Below are positions 18,151-33,759 of a DNA stretch of 64,000 nt, in pieces. The notes beneath the pieces were generated by a model. The model made no database searches. It worked only from the letters and a program-made list of their open reading frames with translations, and was not told the DNA's origin. Source of the stretch: the human T2T-CHM13v2.0 reference genome, Homo sapiens; NCBI RefSeq assembly GCF_009914755.1, contig NC_060934.1, one strand, 5' to 3'. The position numbers and the translations under genes were made by a program. Each line of letters begins with the position of its first letter. Within the stretch, counting starts at the first letter, position 1.

Positions 18151-19076
18151 AGGCTCGTTGAAAAATATAGAAATGTTACAAAGGCAGAGTTAACAGTCAC
18201 CGGGAACTTAGCGCACTAAGATCACAGGGTGGATTTCTATGAAATCTTTGTTCTCTGCCCCAGAGCTTTGTGTTCCTGACTTTGAGCCAAGGGCAAAGGG
18301 CTGCTCAGGAGAAACTGCCCAAAAATGCAAACCAGCAGACGGGTCTTCTGTCTGTCCCTCAGTTCCACTTTAGGGGAAATCATTCTGAAGTTAGGGCGTT
18401 TAAGTCCCCTTCCCCATCTGTCTCAAAACACTCGCCAGAGACCAGAGAACCTTGGAGCTACTCAGCTAAGTGCATGCTGGGTAAATCTCTCACAAAATCA
18501 CTGCTCCCCTCTATGCCACTGTGGGCCACTTTTCCCAAGGGAGTGGCGCAGTGCAGGCACCTCCATGTAGGATTTACTGTCACTCTGCCTTGGCTTCAAA
18601 CCCCACTCCCACTGGCTCTGTGCTCTGGGAAGGTCACGTATGTTCACTGAGCCTTAATTTCCTGCATTGTCAAAGGAGGCCACTGTCACCTTCCATACGG
18701 CATTCAATGGGTTCTAAATAAAGCATTTAGCACAATGCCTGACATTAGTAGGCACAGGGCCACAACTTACAAGGGCAGAAACCCATGTACATAACACTCC
18801 ACAGGAACCAGCGCCAGGTGGGAACCTGAACTCACAGGCAAACTGCTGCAAGCTCACCGTGGACCACCCTGAGATTAAAACTCCAGGGGAACCCAGCCAT
18901 AGGAAGCCCCCACACTTCTGTGGACTTTACCTCCAGGAGCTCAACCAGGTTCTCACAGCAAATATTGGAGAAAAATTATTTCCTGCTTCTGGCAGTAGGA
19001 GGGGGAAAGGAACTATTCCAGAAAATGCCAGAGCATTCTGTTCCTCTCACTAAGGTCTGCCCCCCGGAAGAAACTA

Positions 19077-19740
<664 letters not shown>

Positions 19741-20158
19741 TAGTTAACCAAAGCCTAACCTCCTGGGGTTTTATCACAGCCAAACCAAGCTAAGGGAAGA
19801 GAAATACCCAACTCCAACCCACTTAAGCCATCCCGTCTCACCTAAGGGAGGGGAACTCAGAAGCACTTGTGAAGCTCACAGCCCAGGGGCACAGGCTCAC
19901 TCAAAGCCTGAGACTTAATCATAGGACTACAGCCCATTTCCCTTCCCACCACACCCTACCTCCTACCACATTCCTAGCGGCCTATTTACCACAGTTCCTT
20001 ATACCTAGTACATCACATCCGGCTATCAAGAAAAAATTACAAGGCATACCTATAAACAAAAAATACAGTTTGAAGAGACAGAGCAAGTATCAGAACCTGA
20101 CTCGGATACAGCAGGAATGTTGGAATTATCAGACCAGAAATTTTAAACCTATGCGCTA

Positions 20159-20530
<372 letters not shown>

Positions 20531-20817
20531 TCAAGTGGACAGTATTAGGAACAGATGTGCAATGTCAGCATAGAGATGGACATGCTAAGACTGAACCCAA
20601 ATAAATGCTGTACTCTGCAAAATCATCCTTGAAAAGTGAAGGAGAAACAGATTTTCTCAAACAAAAATTGAGGGAATTTGTTGCCAGTAGACCTGTCTTG
20701 CAAGAAATGTTAAAAGCAGCTGTTTAGAAAGAACGAAAACAACATAGGTCAGAAACTAGGAACTATGTAAAGAAAGAAATAGCACTGGAGAAGAAATAAG
20801 TGATGGTAAAATTAGAA

Positions 20818-21118
20818 CTTTTTTTTTTTTTGAGATGGACTTTTGCTCTTGTTGCTTAGGCTAGAGTGCAATGGCGCAATCTCAGCTCACTGCAACCTCC
20901 CTGCCACCCGGGTTCAAGCGATTCTCATGCCTCAGCCTCCTGAGTAGCTAGGATTACAAGCGCCCACCATCGCGCCCAGCTAATTTTTTTATATTTTTAG
21001 TAGAGACAGGGTTTCACCATGTTGGCCAGGCTGGTCTTGAACTCCCGACCTCAGGTGATCCACCTGCCTCAGCCTACTAAAGTGTTGGGATTACAGGCAT
21101 GAGTCACCACATCTGACT
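20818..21118 (-). mobile_element. AluSp/Sq
   Basis: Full dimer; GCTCTTGTTGC diagnostic. Confidence 0.93.
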
Positions 21119-21123
21119 GATAA

Positions 21124-21428
<305 letters not shown>

Positions 21429-21931
21429 AAACTTTTAGTTTTCTTTCTTTTAGTTGACCTAATAGATAACAGTTTGCCTAAAATAATAATAGCAATACCT
21501 GATTTTATCATGTGTGCTTGTGCATGTATATATACACTGATGTAGATTTATGTGTAAGAAAAATTAATGATAGTAATGACACAAGGGACAGGAGGGAGGA
21601 ATTAGGATTTTTTGTTATTATAGGAGACTCACACTAACTGTGACACAGTATAATGTTGTTTGGAAGTGGACTTAGGTTAGTTGAGTAAGAAAATGAAATC
21701 ATAGAAAATGCTCGATTAAAACTACAAAAGGCAGAAAAACAGTGGAAGACAAAAATAGTAACAAAAAACAAGAGCAACAGATAGAAAACAGTAACAAATA
21801 TGGTAGATATTAATCCAACTGTATCTGTAACCACTTTGAACATCAATGATCTAAAGGCACCAATTAAAAGACAAAGATCATCAGAACAGATAAAACAAAA
21901 CCCAACTGTATGTTGTCTACATGAACCCCAC

Positions 21932-22438
21932 TTTATTTTTTTTCAACTTTCATTTCAGATTTGGGGGGTACATATGCAGGTTTCTTACAAGAGTATATTG
22001 CATGATGCTGATACGACTGAACCTGTCACTCAGATAGTGAGCACAGGACCCAATAGGTAGTTTTTGAACCCTTGTCCCCTCCCTCTCTCTCCCCTTTTGT
22101 ATTCCCAAGTGTTTATTGTTCTCATCTTCATGTATATCTGTACCCAAGGTTTAGCTCCCACTTATAAATGAAAACACGCAGTATTTTGTTTTCTGTTTCT
22201 GTGTTAATCCACTTCAGATAGTGGCTTCCAGCTGCATCCATGTTGCTGCAAAGGACGTGATTTTGTTATTTTTTATGGCTGTGTAGTATTCCACGGGGTA
22301 TATGTACCACATATTCTTTATCTAATCCACTGTTGATGGGCACCTAGGTTGATTCCACATCTTTGCTTTTGTGAATAATGCTTCAGTGAACATACAGTTG
22401 CATGTGTCTTTTGGGTAGAACAATTTATTTTCCTTTGG
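21932..22438 (-). mobile_element. L1PA15-16/L1PB-like 3' end inserted antisense in the older L1
   Basis: GGGGGTACATATGCAGGTTT...GTTTAGCTCCCACTTATAA...TCCATGTTGCTGCAAAGGAC. Confidence 0.85.
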
Positions 22439-24515
22439 AAATCTACTTTAAATATAGAGCTATATCTGATTAAAAGTAAATGGATAGAGAAAGCTATACC
22501 ATGTTAATACTAATCAAAAGGAAGCAGGAGTAGCTCTACTAATTTCAGACAGAGCAGACTTTAGAGCAAGGAAAGTCATCAGGGTTAAAAAAGGGTATTA
22601 CATAATAATAAAGGAATAAATTCTTCAGGAAGATATAATAATCCTTAATATGTATATGCTTAACAGCAGAATATTAAAATATGTTAGGCAAAACCTGATA
22701 GAGCCACAGAAAAAAATAGAGAAATTCACTATAATAGTTGGAGACTTCAACACTTCTCTTTCAGAAATTGACAGATCCAGCAGGCAGAAAGTCATTAAGA
22801 ACACAGTTGAGCTCAACACCACCACCAATTAACTGGATATAATGGACAGCTATGGACTATTCCATCTAACAAGAGCACTCCATCCATTCTTCTCAAGCTT
22901 ACATGGAATATTCACCAAGACAGACCATATTCTGGGCCATAAAACACACCTTAATAAATTTAAAATAACAGAAATCATACAACGTCTGTTCTTAAGCCAC
23001 AATGGGATTACACTGTAAATTGATGACAGAAATATAGAAAAACCCAAAATACTTGGGGATTAAACAACACACTGCTAAATAACACACGGGTCAAGGAAGA
23101 AATTTCAGTATTTCCAGGAATAATTCAAAATTTCAAGGAACAAATTGAAGAATATTTTAAATTAAATAAAATGAAAACATAACATCATAATTTATAGAAT
23201 GCAGTGAAAGCAGCACTTAGAGGGAAATTTATAGCATTGAATGCATATATTACAAAAGAAGAAAGCTCCACAATCAGTCATCCAAGCATCCACACTAGGA
23301 AACTGAAACAAGAAGAGTAAATTTTAAAATCCTAAATAAGCAGAGGAAAGCAAGTAATAAAAATTAGAGCAGAAATCAATGAAATCTGAATAGCAATAGA
23401 GAAAATAAACAAAATCAAAGCTGTTTTTTAAAAAAGGTCGATGACATTGTTAATCCACTAAGCTAAGAAAGAAGAACACAAATTACTAATATCAGAAATG
23501 AAAGAAGTGTCATCACTACAGATCCCATAGACATGTAAAGCATAATTGAGGAATAGTATGAACAACTCTATGCCCACAAATTTGATAATCTCAATGAAAT
23601 GAACCAATTCCTTGAAAGACACAATTTGCCCAAGTTGATACAAGAAGAAAGAGACACTGTGAATAGACCTATATCTATTAAAAATTCAGTCAATAATTAA
23701 CAACCAATATAAAAGGCACAAGGCCCAGATGGGCTCACTCTTGAATCCCCCCAAATATTTACAGAAGAAATTGTATAAATTCTCTACAATCTCTTTCAGA
23801 AGCTAGAAGCAGAAAGAATATTTCCTAACTCATTCTATGAGGCCAGCACCACCCTAATACAAGCAAACAAAAAACAAAGATATTACAAAAAAAGAAAACT
23901 ATAGAACAATATATGTCATGAACACAGTTGTAAAAATCCTCAACAAAATATTAGCACATTAAATCCAACTATGTAAAAAAAGATTTATACACAACCAAGT
24001 GTGATTTATCCTGGCTATGCAAGGCTGGTTTAACATTTAAAAAAATCAAATACAATCCATCGCATCAACAACTAAATAATTAAAATCACATAATAATATC
24101 ATTAGATGCAGAAAAAGCATTTGACAAAGTCTAGCACCCATCCTTGATAAAAACTGTCAGTAAACTAGGAATAGAGGAGGACTTCCTCAGCTTGATAAAG
24201 AATATCAACAAAAACCTACAGCTAACATTATACTTAATGATGAGAAACTTGAAGTTTTCCCACTAAGATTAGGAACAAGGCAAGGATGTCACCTCTCACC
24301 ACTCATTTCAACACTGTGCTGGAAGTCCTAGTGAATGCGATAAGATGAGGAAATAAAAGGTATACAGATCGGGAAAGAAAAAATAAAATTGTCCTTTTCT
24401 GCAGATGAAATGATTATCTATGTAGAAAATCTGAGATAATTTAAAACAACTTTTGGAACTAATAAGATTATTGCAAAGTTTTAGAAGAAAAGGTTAATAT
24501 ATAAAAGTCAATTGT

Positions 24516-24794
<279 letters not shown>

Positions 24795-25049
24795 TTAGAA
24801 ATTAAAGACTCATTATCATATACATTAGCACCCTCAAAAATGAAATACCTAGGTAGAAATTTAACAAAATATGTAAGATCTCTATGAAGAAAACTATGAA
24901 ACTAATGAATGGAATCAAAGAAGCACTAAATAAATGGATAGGAAGACTCAATATCTGTCAAAGTGTCAGTTCTTCCTAACTTGGTCTATAGATTCAATCC
25001 AATCCCAACCAAAATCCCAGCAAGTGATTTTGTGGATATCCACAAACTA

Positions 25050-25337
25050 GGACACATGCAGTGGCTCTCACCTGTAATCACAGCATGTTGGGAAGCTGAG
25101 GCAGGAGGATCACTTGAGCTCAGGAGTTTGAGACCAGCCTGGGCAACATAGTGAGATCTCATTGCTATAAAAAATTTAAGAGCTGAGTGTGGTGGCACGT
25201 GCCTGTAGTCCCAGCTAATGAGGCGGCTGAGGCAGGGGGATCACTTGAGGCCAGGGGATTGAGGCTACAGTGAGCCATGATCATGCCACTGCACTCCAGC
25301 CTAGGTGACAGAGCAAGACTCCATCAAAAAGAAAGAG
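25050..25337 (+). mobile_element. AluJ
   Basis: Dimer; GGATCACTTGAGGCCAGG in right arm. Confidence 0.9.
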
Positions 25338-25389
25338 GAATGAAGTAAGGAAGGAAGGAAGGATGGATGGGTGGATTGGTTGACTCCTT

Positions 25390-26260
25390 TCATTCTGTTA
25401 TTTACCAGTTTTCAAAATAATGCATAAGTAGAAACAAGTATTTCTGTGGCCCTGTATTCTTACTGACACTCAAAACAGTCTCATCTTGGAAGTGGAAGCC
25501 CTTTGGTTTGGTTCCTGAGTGCTTCTGATGTGGTGTCAGCATCTTTGATACCATCCTTGCCTTCCAGTATGACAGGAGAGTCTGAGCTCATTTTAAGCAC
25601 ATCCCATCCCAAACTTGGAATCGGTGCTGCTTCCTTTTGTTGGGAGATGGTTTTAGATATTTAGACACCCCAATTTGAGTTCTGGGGGTGTTCACTGCTA
25701 CTGAGTTAATCATTGTTTCTAAGCCTTTCTATTGGACAAAACCATGAAAAGTTTTTTAAGATAAAATGCATGATGACTTCCTAATAAAACCTCCTATTTG
25801 GGTTCAGGCCCTAGAGGGTTTTTATTTAGCTAATTAGTTGCACATCTGTCCTTCCTTCCTTCCATGTCAAATCATACAGTTCTCAATGATGCAAACAAAT
25901 GAACTCATTTGCTTTATTTCACAATATATACAACATTGTTTCAGAATAAAAATGCCTAACACTACCACAAATAATAGTATTATTGGATACGGTGCTTTTT
26001 AAAAATTTTACAGTTTTCTCTAAATCCAGCCCAGTTAGGAATCTAATAACAAATTACTGTTTTAAAATAACATCCCTTGAAATGGTTCATTCCTAGGTGG
26101 TTATGTGGCCAACTCGATAATCAGTTCATTTGTTTCATTTTGCTTTTGACATTTAGGGATCATTCTTTAAATTCTAATTCTTGTTCTTACTTCTGTAAAA
26201 CATATACATGATTCTGAAGTCAAATATACAAAAACCAGGAGAACTGAGTAGACCAACCTT
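25390..26260 (-). mobile_element. Old L1 (L1MC4-like) 3' UTR fragments
   Basis: Degenerate; resembles the 2960-3290 segment. Confidence 0.45.
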
Positions 26261-26350
26261 CACACCTGTAGGTCCTGGGATAAGGTCACAGAGGCCCGTA
26301 CCCCACGTGTACATGTATTCAAAAGTCATTCACTCAGCCAAAAGGTTCTT

Positions 26351-26640
26351 TTCTTTTGAGACAGGGTCTCACTGTGTCACCCAGGCTGGAGTTCAGTGGT
26401 GCAATCTTGGCTTACTGCAACCTCCATCTCCCAGGTTCAGGCGATTCTCGTGCCTCCAGCCTCTGGAGTAGCTGGGACTATAGGTACCTGCCACCACACA
26501 CAGCTAATTTTTATATTTTTAGTAGAGACGGGGTTTCACCATGTTGGCCAAGCTGGTCTCAAACTCCTGACCCCAAGTGATCCACCTGCCTCAGCCTCCC
26601 AAAGTGCTGAGATTATAGGCCTGAGCTACCGCGCCTGGCC
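26351..26640 (-). mobile_element. AluS
   Basis: TSD CCAAAAGGTTCTT (26338-26350) / CCAACAGGTTCTT (26641-26653). Confidence 0.95.
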
Positions 26641-27187
26641 CCAACAGGTTCTTGACTAGAACATGTCCTGTCCTCCTACTTACATAAACACTTCACATCA
26701 GCACAGAAGACCAGTTTCCAGTTTCAAATTCTTGGCTCTTTGGAATCCCACATTGAAACATGAGGGCATGGAGAGCACCAGCCTTCCTCTCCCCCTTCTC
26801 TTCCCATTCCTCACACCTCCCACACCCCCCGGCACCTTGCACACACCTGTGTGGACGTGTCAGCCCTCGGGTCTGAGGCCATGCTCACGTATCTTGCCCT
26901 TCACCCTCAGGAGGAAGGACACACCATGAGGCCTGCCCAGCCCTAGCCCTGGAGTTGGGCCTTCTGGGCAGGGAATGTTGGAGTCTGTGTTCTGGAAGGG
27001 AAGGCATCAGTTCCATATCCCCCGGCCCCATGGATCCCGCATCCCAGAGGAAAGATGGTGCCGGAGGCAGGCCAGGACAGGGGCCGCACTTACCCAGGCC
27101 CAAGGGTGCCCCAACAGAGAAGAGATCTAGCTTCTCTCATGTCCCCTCCATAAGCAGTTTTGGGGTTCCATTCCATTTTATAAATAC

Positions 27188-27194
<7 letters not shown>

Positions 27195-27236
<42 letters not shown>
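27195..27236. repeat. (CA)21 microsatellite
   Basis: Perfect dinucleotide run. Confidence 0.97.
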
Positions 27237-27239
<3 letters not shown>

Positions 27240-28087
27240 TTTGTATTCTGTGGTCGGGGATGGGAAGGAGGGAACAGAAAACGTGACCACATAGCCAACC
27301 TCACCAGGGCTGAGCAGGTGTCAAACTGACCCAGCAGCCTCGATGAACCCGGCCAGCAGGAATTGAGCACGGGAGGGCAGCTTCCTATCACCTCAAGGTG
27401 ATTCTGTCAAAGGCAGCAAATACGACTTAATTCACACTAGCCAGTGGGAAAATACAGTCTTCCCAATGCACCAAAACAAGCCAGATTGCCTAGGAGAGAA
27501 AGACGCAATTCAGGTTCCTGAAAGAATATTCTAGAACCCTGAACGGACAGGGTAGCAAGACCAACTTGTCTTCCCCTGGAAAAGACCTGGCCGTGCTCAT
27601 GCCCCAGCCCTTCCAAAAGGAGGGAAGAGCCACCCCTGCCACATCCGAGGCAGCGCTGTGTGCAGCCCCCAGCCATGTCTACAGACGGCATCCTCGGCTC
27701 CTTGACGTTTCACGTTGATCTCACCCCATTGTCTCCACTTTTGGAATTTGCTTTATTTTCTTCAGCTCCATTTGTCACCAGCTCTTATCCAGGGGAGGAG
27801 TGGTGCTTCACCGCCCTGCAAATTGCCAGGTCTCTGCTGAAGCGACGCGCCCTCAGCTGTCAGGGAGAGAAGCTTCAGCTCTTCCTGCTGAATGATGATG
27901 AAGGAGCGAATCAAAGGCTCGGTCAAGTGAGGAGGACGGAATCAGAAAAACAAAAATCAGAATTCTGGGCGAGCCAGGCCAAGCCACGCAAATCAGCTGA
28001 TGTGTCTATCACTGAAGAAACACTGCATTTGTCAAGGACATCCTAGAGGAAAAACCCAGTTCCCTCTGGACGTCATGATGCATGCAG

Positions 28088-28105
28088 TGGCCGCTAGGTG
28101 GCCTG
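28088..28105 (+). promoter_or_regulatory. Candidate CTCF site
   Basis: TGGCCGCTAGGTGGCCTG matches core CCRSYAGRKGGC. Confidence 0.6.
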
Positions 28106-28581
28106 CGGTGTCTAAGGGCCAGCCCCTCTCCAGCTTCTAAAGCTGGGAGAATTGGAAAACTTAAGAGCCAGCTAATAGTTCTTTTTTTTTTTAAGATATA
28201 AATGAACACATAAATTATCTTAAACTTACCAAAGGTTTTATTTATGAGCATATAGTGTCAACTTACTAAAAACTCCACCTCTTATAAATTGCTACCTAAC
28301 TTCCTCTGGGGTGGCAAAATCTTTCTGAATGTTTGCAGTTTTGGAAATGGCAGGAGCAATATTCACCCTGTATTAGGTCTTCTCTCCATCAGCCTTACAT
28401 GAAAGAGGCCTCCCTAACCAATAATTATCAGAAAAAAGAAAAAGCCCCTCCGTAATGGGCTCTTATACCCCACTCCTTTGTTTCTTTTCATTTGTATAAT
28501 TAAAAAAAAAAAAATCTACCTAGAAGCAGAGCAGCCAGGCCTCCCCTGCCCTCCATCCAATCAGGAATAAAGTTCACCTCG

Positions 28582-28596
28582 GTTACCATGGGCAAC
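28582..28596. promoter_or_regulatory. RFX X-box
   Basis: GTTACC-ATG-GGCAAC fits GTNRCC(N0-3)RGYAAC exactly. Confidence 0.6.
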
Positions 28597-28956
28597 CACC
28601 ACTTGTCCCTCTGCTCTCTAAGGCCTTCCTAAAAACATACACTTCATTGGTATCGAAAAGATGCTCTTTGTTAAGGAGGACTCCCCTCCTCAAGCCTTCA
28701 AGTTCATCCTGAAACCTCAGGCCCACCTGCTTTCTTTCCTTTCCAAGTAACCACACATTTTGAAGGGAACAGCTGGTGGATATACAGTATTCAGCAGTTT
28801 TCTCTACACTGGCAAGCCAAGGTCAAACCACAGGGTTGCTCAGCTGGGATGCTAATAATGTCACTGGCAGAAGCAATTTTGTTTACACAGGACAGCCGAT
28901 GAAAAGACCCTGTTTGCTCTCAAGATGATATCATGAACGCATCTCTGTCTAAAATG

Positions 28957-29343
28957 CAGGCATACCTTGGAGACACTGAGGATTTCATCCCACACCATCG
29001 CAATAATATGGATATTGCAATAAAGTGAATCACACCAATTTTTTGGTTTCCCAATGCATATGGAAATTATGTTTACACTGTTTTGTAGTCTCTTAAGTGT
29101 GCAGTAGCATTATGCATAAAAAATGTTCATGAATTAATTCAAAATGACTTTATTGCTAAAAAAAAAAAAATAATAAGATGGCTGACACAGAGCAGGCACA
29201 TGCTGTTGGGAAAATGGTGCTGACAGCCTTGCTCAATGCAAGGTTACCACAAACCTTCAATTTGTAAAAAAAACCAAAAACAAAAAACCACAATATCTGC
29301 AAAGTGCAATAAAAGCAGGGCACAGTAAAGTGAAGTGCATCTG
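28957..29343 (-). mobile_element. Internally deleted Tigger1 with both ends
   Basis: CAGGCATACCTTGGAGA... and ...GTGCATCTG|TA termini. Confidence 0.85.
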
Positions 29344-29359
29344 TATCCTACACGAAGAT

Positions 29360-29684
29360 GTGAGACTGGGTAATTATAAAAGAAGGAGGTTTAATTGACT
29401 CATGATTCCACATGGCTGAGGAGGCCTCACAATCATGGTGGAAGGGGAGGAGGAACAAGGCACGTCTTATATGGCGGCAGGCAACAGAGAGCGTGGGCAG
29501 GGAAACTGCCCTCTATAAAACCATCAGATCACATGGGACCTACTCTCTATCACAAGAACAGCACAGAAAAGACCCATCCCCATGATTCAATTACCTCCCA
29601 CTGGGTCCCTCCCACAACATGTGGGAATTATCTGAGCTACAATTCAAGATGAGATTTGGGTGGGGACACAGCCAAACCATATCA
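29360..29684 (-). mobile_element. THE1B-like MaLR LTR
   Basis: ...GAGATTTGGGTGGGGACACAGCCAAACCATATCA. Confidence 0.9.
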
Positions 29685-30045
29685 ATTTCAAACCTAAGTT
29701 CAGGAAAGCCACCCGCTAACTGCCCACATGACATCCATCTGTCCTTTTCCCCATTACATCCAGTGGCCACACACCCAGTGCCAGATAATGAATCATGACA
29801 ATCGTCTTTCTTGCTGTCCCAACTTCTCTTGCAACTACAGGTGGCATATAACCCACTTCTTGCCATGAAACCAAATGGAAGTTGGTTGAGGACACTCCTG
29901 GGAAAACATCTGCTTTCCTTATTAAAGGGATAGACATAGCTGGTTCTGCTCCCACCTCCTTTCTTTCTGCTTTCAACCCAGATGTGATGTCTGGAGCTAC
30001 AGCACCTATTTTGCCACCATGAAGCAAAGAAAGCCCTTGGATAAG

Positions 30046-30739
<694 letters not shown>

Positions 30740-31653
30740 GTGAGCATTGCAGATTAAAGGAACCAGTGATAGGTAACAAATATCTACCTTGAACATCTGG
30801 TTGTATGAAAAAATAAACCTGTATGCATTCCAGCCATTTAAGTTGGCTGTGACTTGAGTCTCAATCTAATTCTCGATGAGCACCCTGTTAGCACACCTTT
30901 CATCAACTCTGCTGTCTCCGACGGGAAGTAGAAGTAGAATCCACACCCACCTCCACTCTCCACCATCTCTCCTTTGTAGAACAAACACAAAAACCCAAAC
31001 TGGGTAGATGGTGACATTTTCCAACTGGACCCAGGGATTGCCATAACTGACCGGTTAAATGGGCGATGGCTGACACCCAACAAGAACCGCTGAGCATCAT
31101 GGGACAGAAGGTGGTGAAGGGCCAGCCCCTTCCAGAGCCAGGACACCTGCATCTGGGAGGGAGCAACCCTCCCAGCAGCCAGAAATGCAGCCCAACTAGT
31201 CGTCTTCATCAGGGGCTGGAAGGACTTTATCGGCTTGTGGAACTGCGGAACGGAAGAAGGGGTCAGGCTGAACAATGGGGTACTGAGGGCTTTCCATTTC
31301 TTACAGCACCAGGTCTCTGATGCACTGGATCCATCTAGACAGATGGGGTGACAAGCTCTCAGCCCTAGACCTGAATGCTTCTCACTCGTAACCCCAGCAG
31401 AAAGATGCAGCCCAATTGTGTCTTCATAACCTGTGGTCTAAATAATCAGCTCAATTCAACCACACCCAATATTCAACAGGGGAGAGGGAGATTGGGGACT
31501 ATAATTTCTTTGAAGAGTTAATGTCTCAAAAGGAGAGAGAGTAAATCTGGACCTTTTTTTTTTTTTTTTTTTTTTGTAATAAAGGGAGGGACAAATATCT
31601 GTCAAGATCCAGGCAGAAGAAAAAGGTCCAGGCAGAAGATCCATGGTTAATTT

Positions 31654-31991
<338 letters not shown>

Positions 31992-33411
31992 TAAAGAACT
32001 GTTAACTAAAACAGTAGGAGGTAGGTAACTACTCAAGGGGGTGAATGAGGACTCCTCAGGATCTGTAGGTAGCAGGTGCTACCTCTGGGCCGAGGAAGAG
32101 TGGACAGCAAAGGAGCTAAGGAAGAGAAGGGGGACCATTCCCATCTCAAGGCTGAGATTCAGAGCTCTTCAAAGAGATCCAAGGAAGAGACCAAGGCCAA
32201 CGAGGAACATGAAGAAGTTTGTTAGAGGGCACGGCTGGTCTCAATTCTCATCCTGAAAAACCAGCTATAGACACGTAGCTGAACCACAGCTGGTTCTGCT
32301 CCCACCTCCCTTCTTTCTGCCTTTAACCCAGATGTGACATCTGGAACTATAGCATCTATTTTGCCCCATAAAGCAAAGAAAGCACTTGGATTTGAGAATC
32401 CAAGAATGTTGGAACAGAACCTAAAAGGGAAGTGCCTTCTGCAGCTCTCGCCTTGTGGGGTCACCTATTGCCTTCCACAGACAAAGCCTAACATTCTCCC
32501 AGCTGGCAAGGGAGAAATATTTACAGGGTCCAGCTCCAAGGTCACAGGCTGAGCCGTGAAGAATGGATGTGCTCTGGGAGAGGACAAGTCAATCACAGGC
32601 TCAGGGAATTTCACTGGTTGGGTCTTTCTCTGATGAAACAGAAATGGGAGGGGTGATGTTTTCCTGGTGCTATATTTGGGTGATGCTGTCAAATGGTCAC
32701 TGTGTCACTCTCTGGTAAGCCAGGTGGACAAGGAAGCTTGGGCACATGAATTTTGGCCTAGTATAAAGTGTGTTCTTGGCTTTAACTAATGCCCTATTCT
32801 GATCTATGAGGGGCACAAGAGCTGAATGAACGTCCATGTCCATAATCTTGCAAGGATATAAGGGACTGGCACAGTAATAAGCACGAGGAAGGGCTACTGC
32901 TCTCCACCCTCCATTCCAGGGGGTATGGGGGATGAGGAATTCCCACGATGTCTCAGGCAGCACGAGAATGAGCTGCATTTGCTAGTGGGTGAGTCATCGT
33001 TCATTTGGAGGAAACGCAGGTGCAATATGTTTCAGTCTCTGGTGAAACAGGGTTCATAGCTGAGCCTGTCCACTGTGATCTTTTCTCCTTCTTGTCAATG
33101 AACCTCAGTGGGCTTGGCCTTGGTCTCCAGCACTGGGCAGCAGGTCAGAGGGTGGGAAGATCCTGTTTCAGGGCCATGGCTGCAGGGGAGAGGGGGAAGC
33201 TGCCGTGGGACCCACCCAGTTCTGGGAGACAAACCTGCACAGTGGTGTCACGCACTGGCCCAACTAATGTGAAAGTGGCACCTGGTTTCCCATCTGCTCC
33301 TGCTCCTCATGCTTGTAGCTCCCTTGAAACTTGACAGGCAGGACTGGGCCAAGACAGGGCTGCCCATTCCCAAGCTCCCTTCACCTGATTGTCTTCACAA
33401 CAGTCACCCTG

Positions 33412-33759
33412 TGCTACGGACTGAATGTCTGTGTCCCCCTGAAATTCATATGCTGATGCCTAGGACCCAAGGTGATGAAGTCACCTTTGGGAGTGATGAG
33501 CTCATGAGGGGAGAGCCCTTGGGGATGGGATCGGTGCATTAAAAGGGGCTAAAGAGCCCAGCATTCCCCCCTTCCACCACATGACCACACAGCAAGACGA
33601 TGGCTGTTTGTGAGGAGGAGGCCTTCACCAAGCCCCCAACCATGCTGACACCCTGGTCTCGGACTTCCAGCCTCCAGAACTGTGAGAAATACATTTCTGT
33701 TGTTTATAAGCCCCCCAGTCTATGGTTCTGTGTTCTAGAGCGCCAAATGGACTAAGACA
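33412..33759 (+). mobile_element. MLT1A0-like MaLR solo LTR
   Basis: TGCTACGGACTGAATG...GGACTAAGACA; perfect TSD CCCTG at 33407-33411 and 33760-33764. Confidence 0.92.

Noticed and set aside
27766-27926. Possible plus-strand exon (TTTTCTTCAG acceptor, CAA|GTGAGG donor)
   Set aside because: Such site pairs are common by chance; no partner exons or coding signal.
31608-31639. 13-bp repeat TCCAGGCAGAAGA at 19-bp spacing
   Set aside because: A small slippage product with no further structure.
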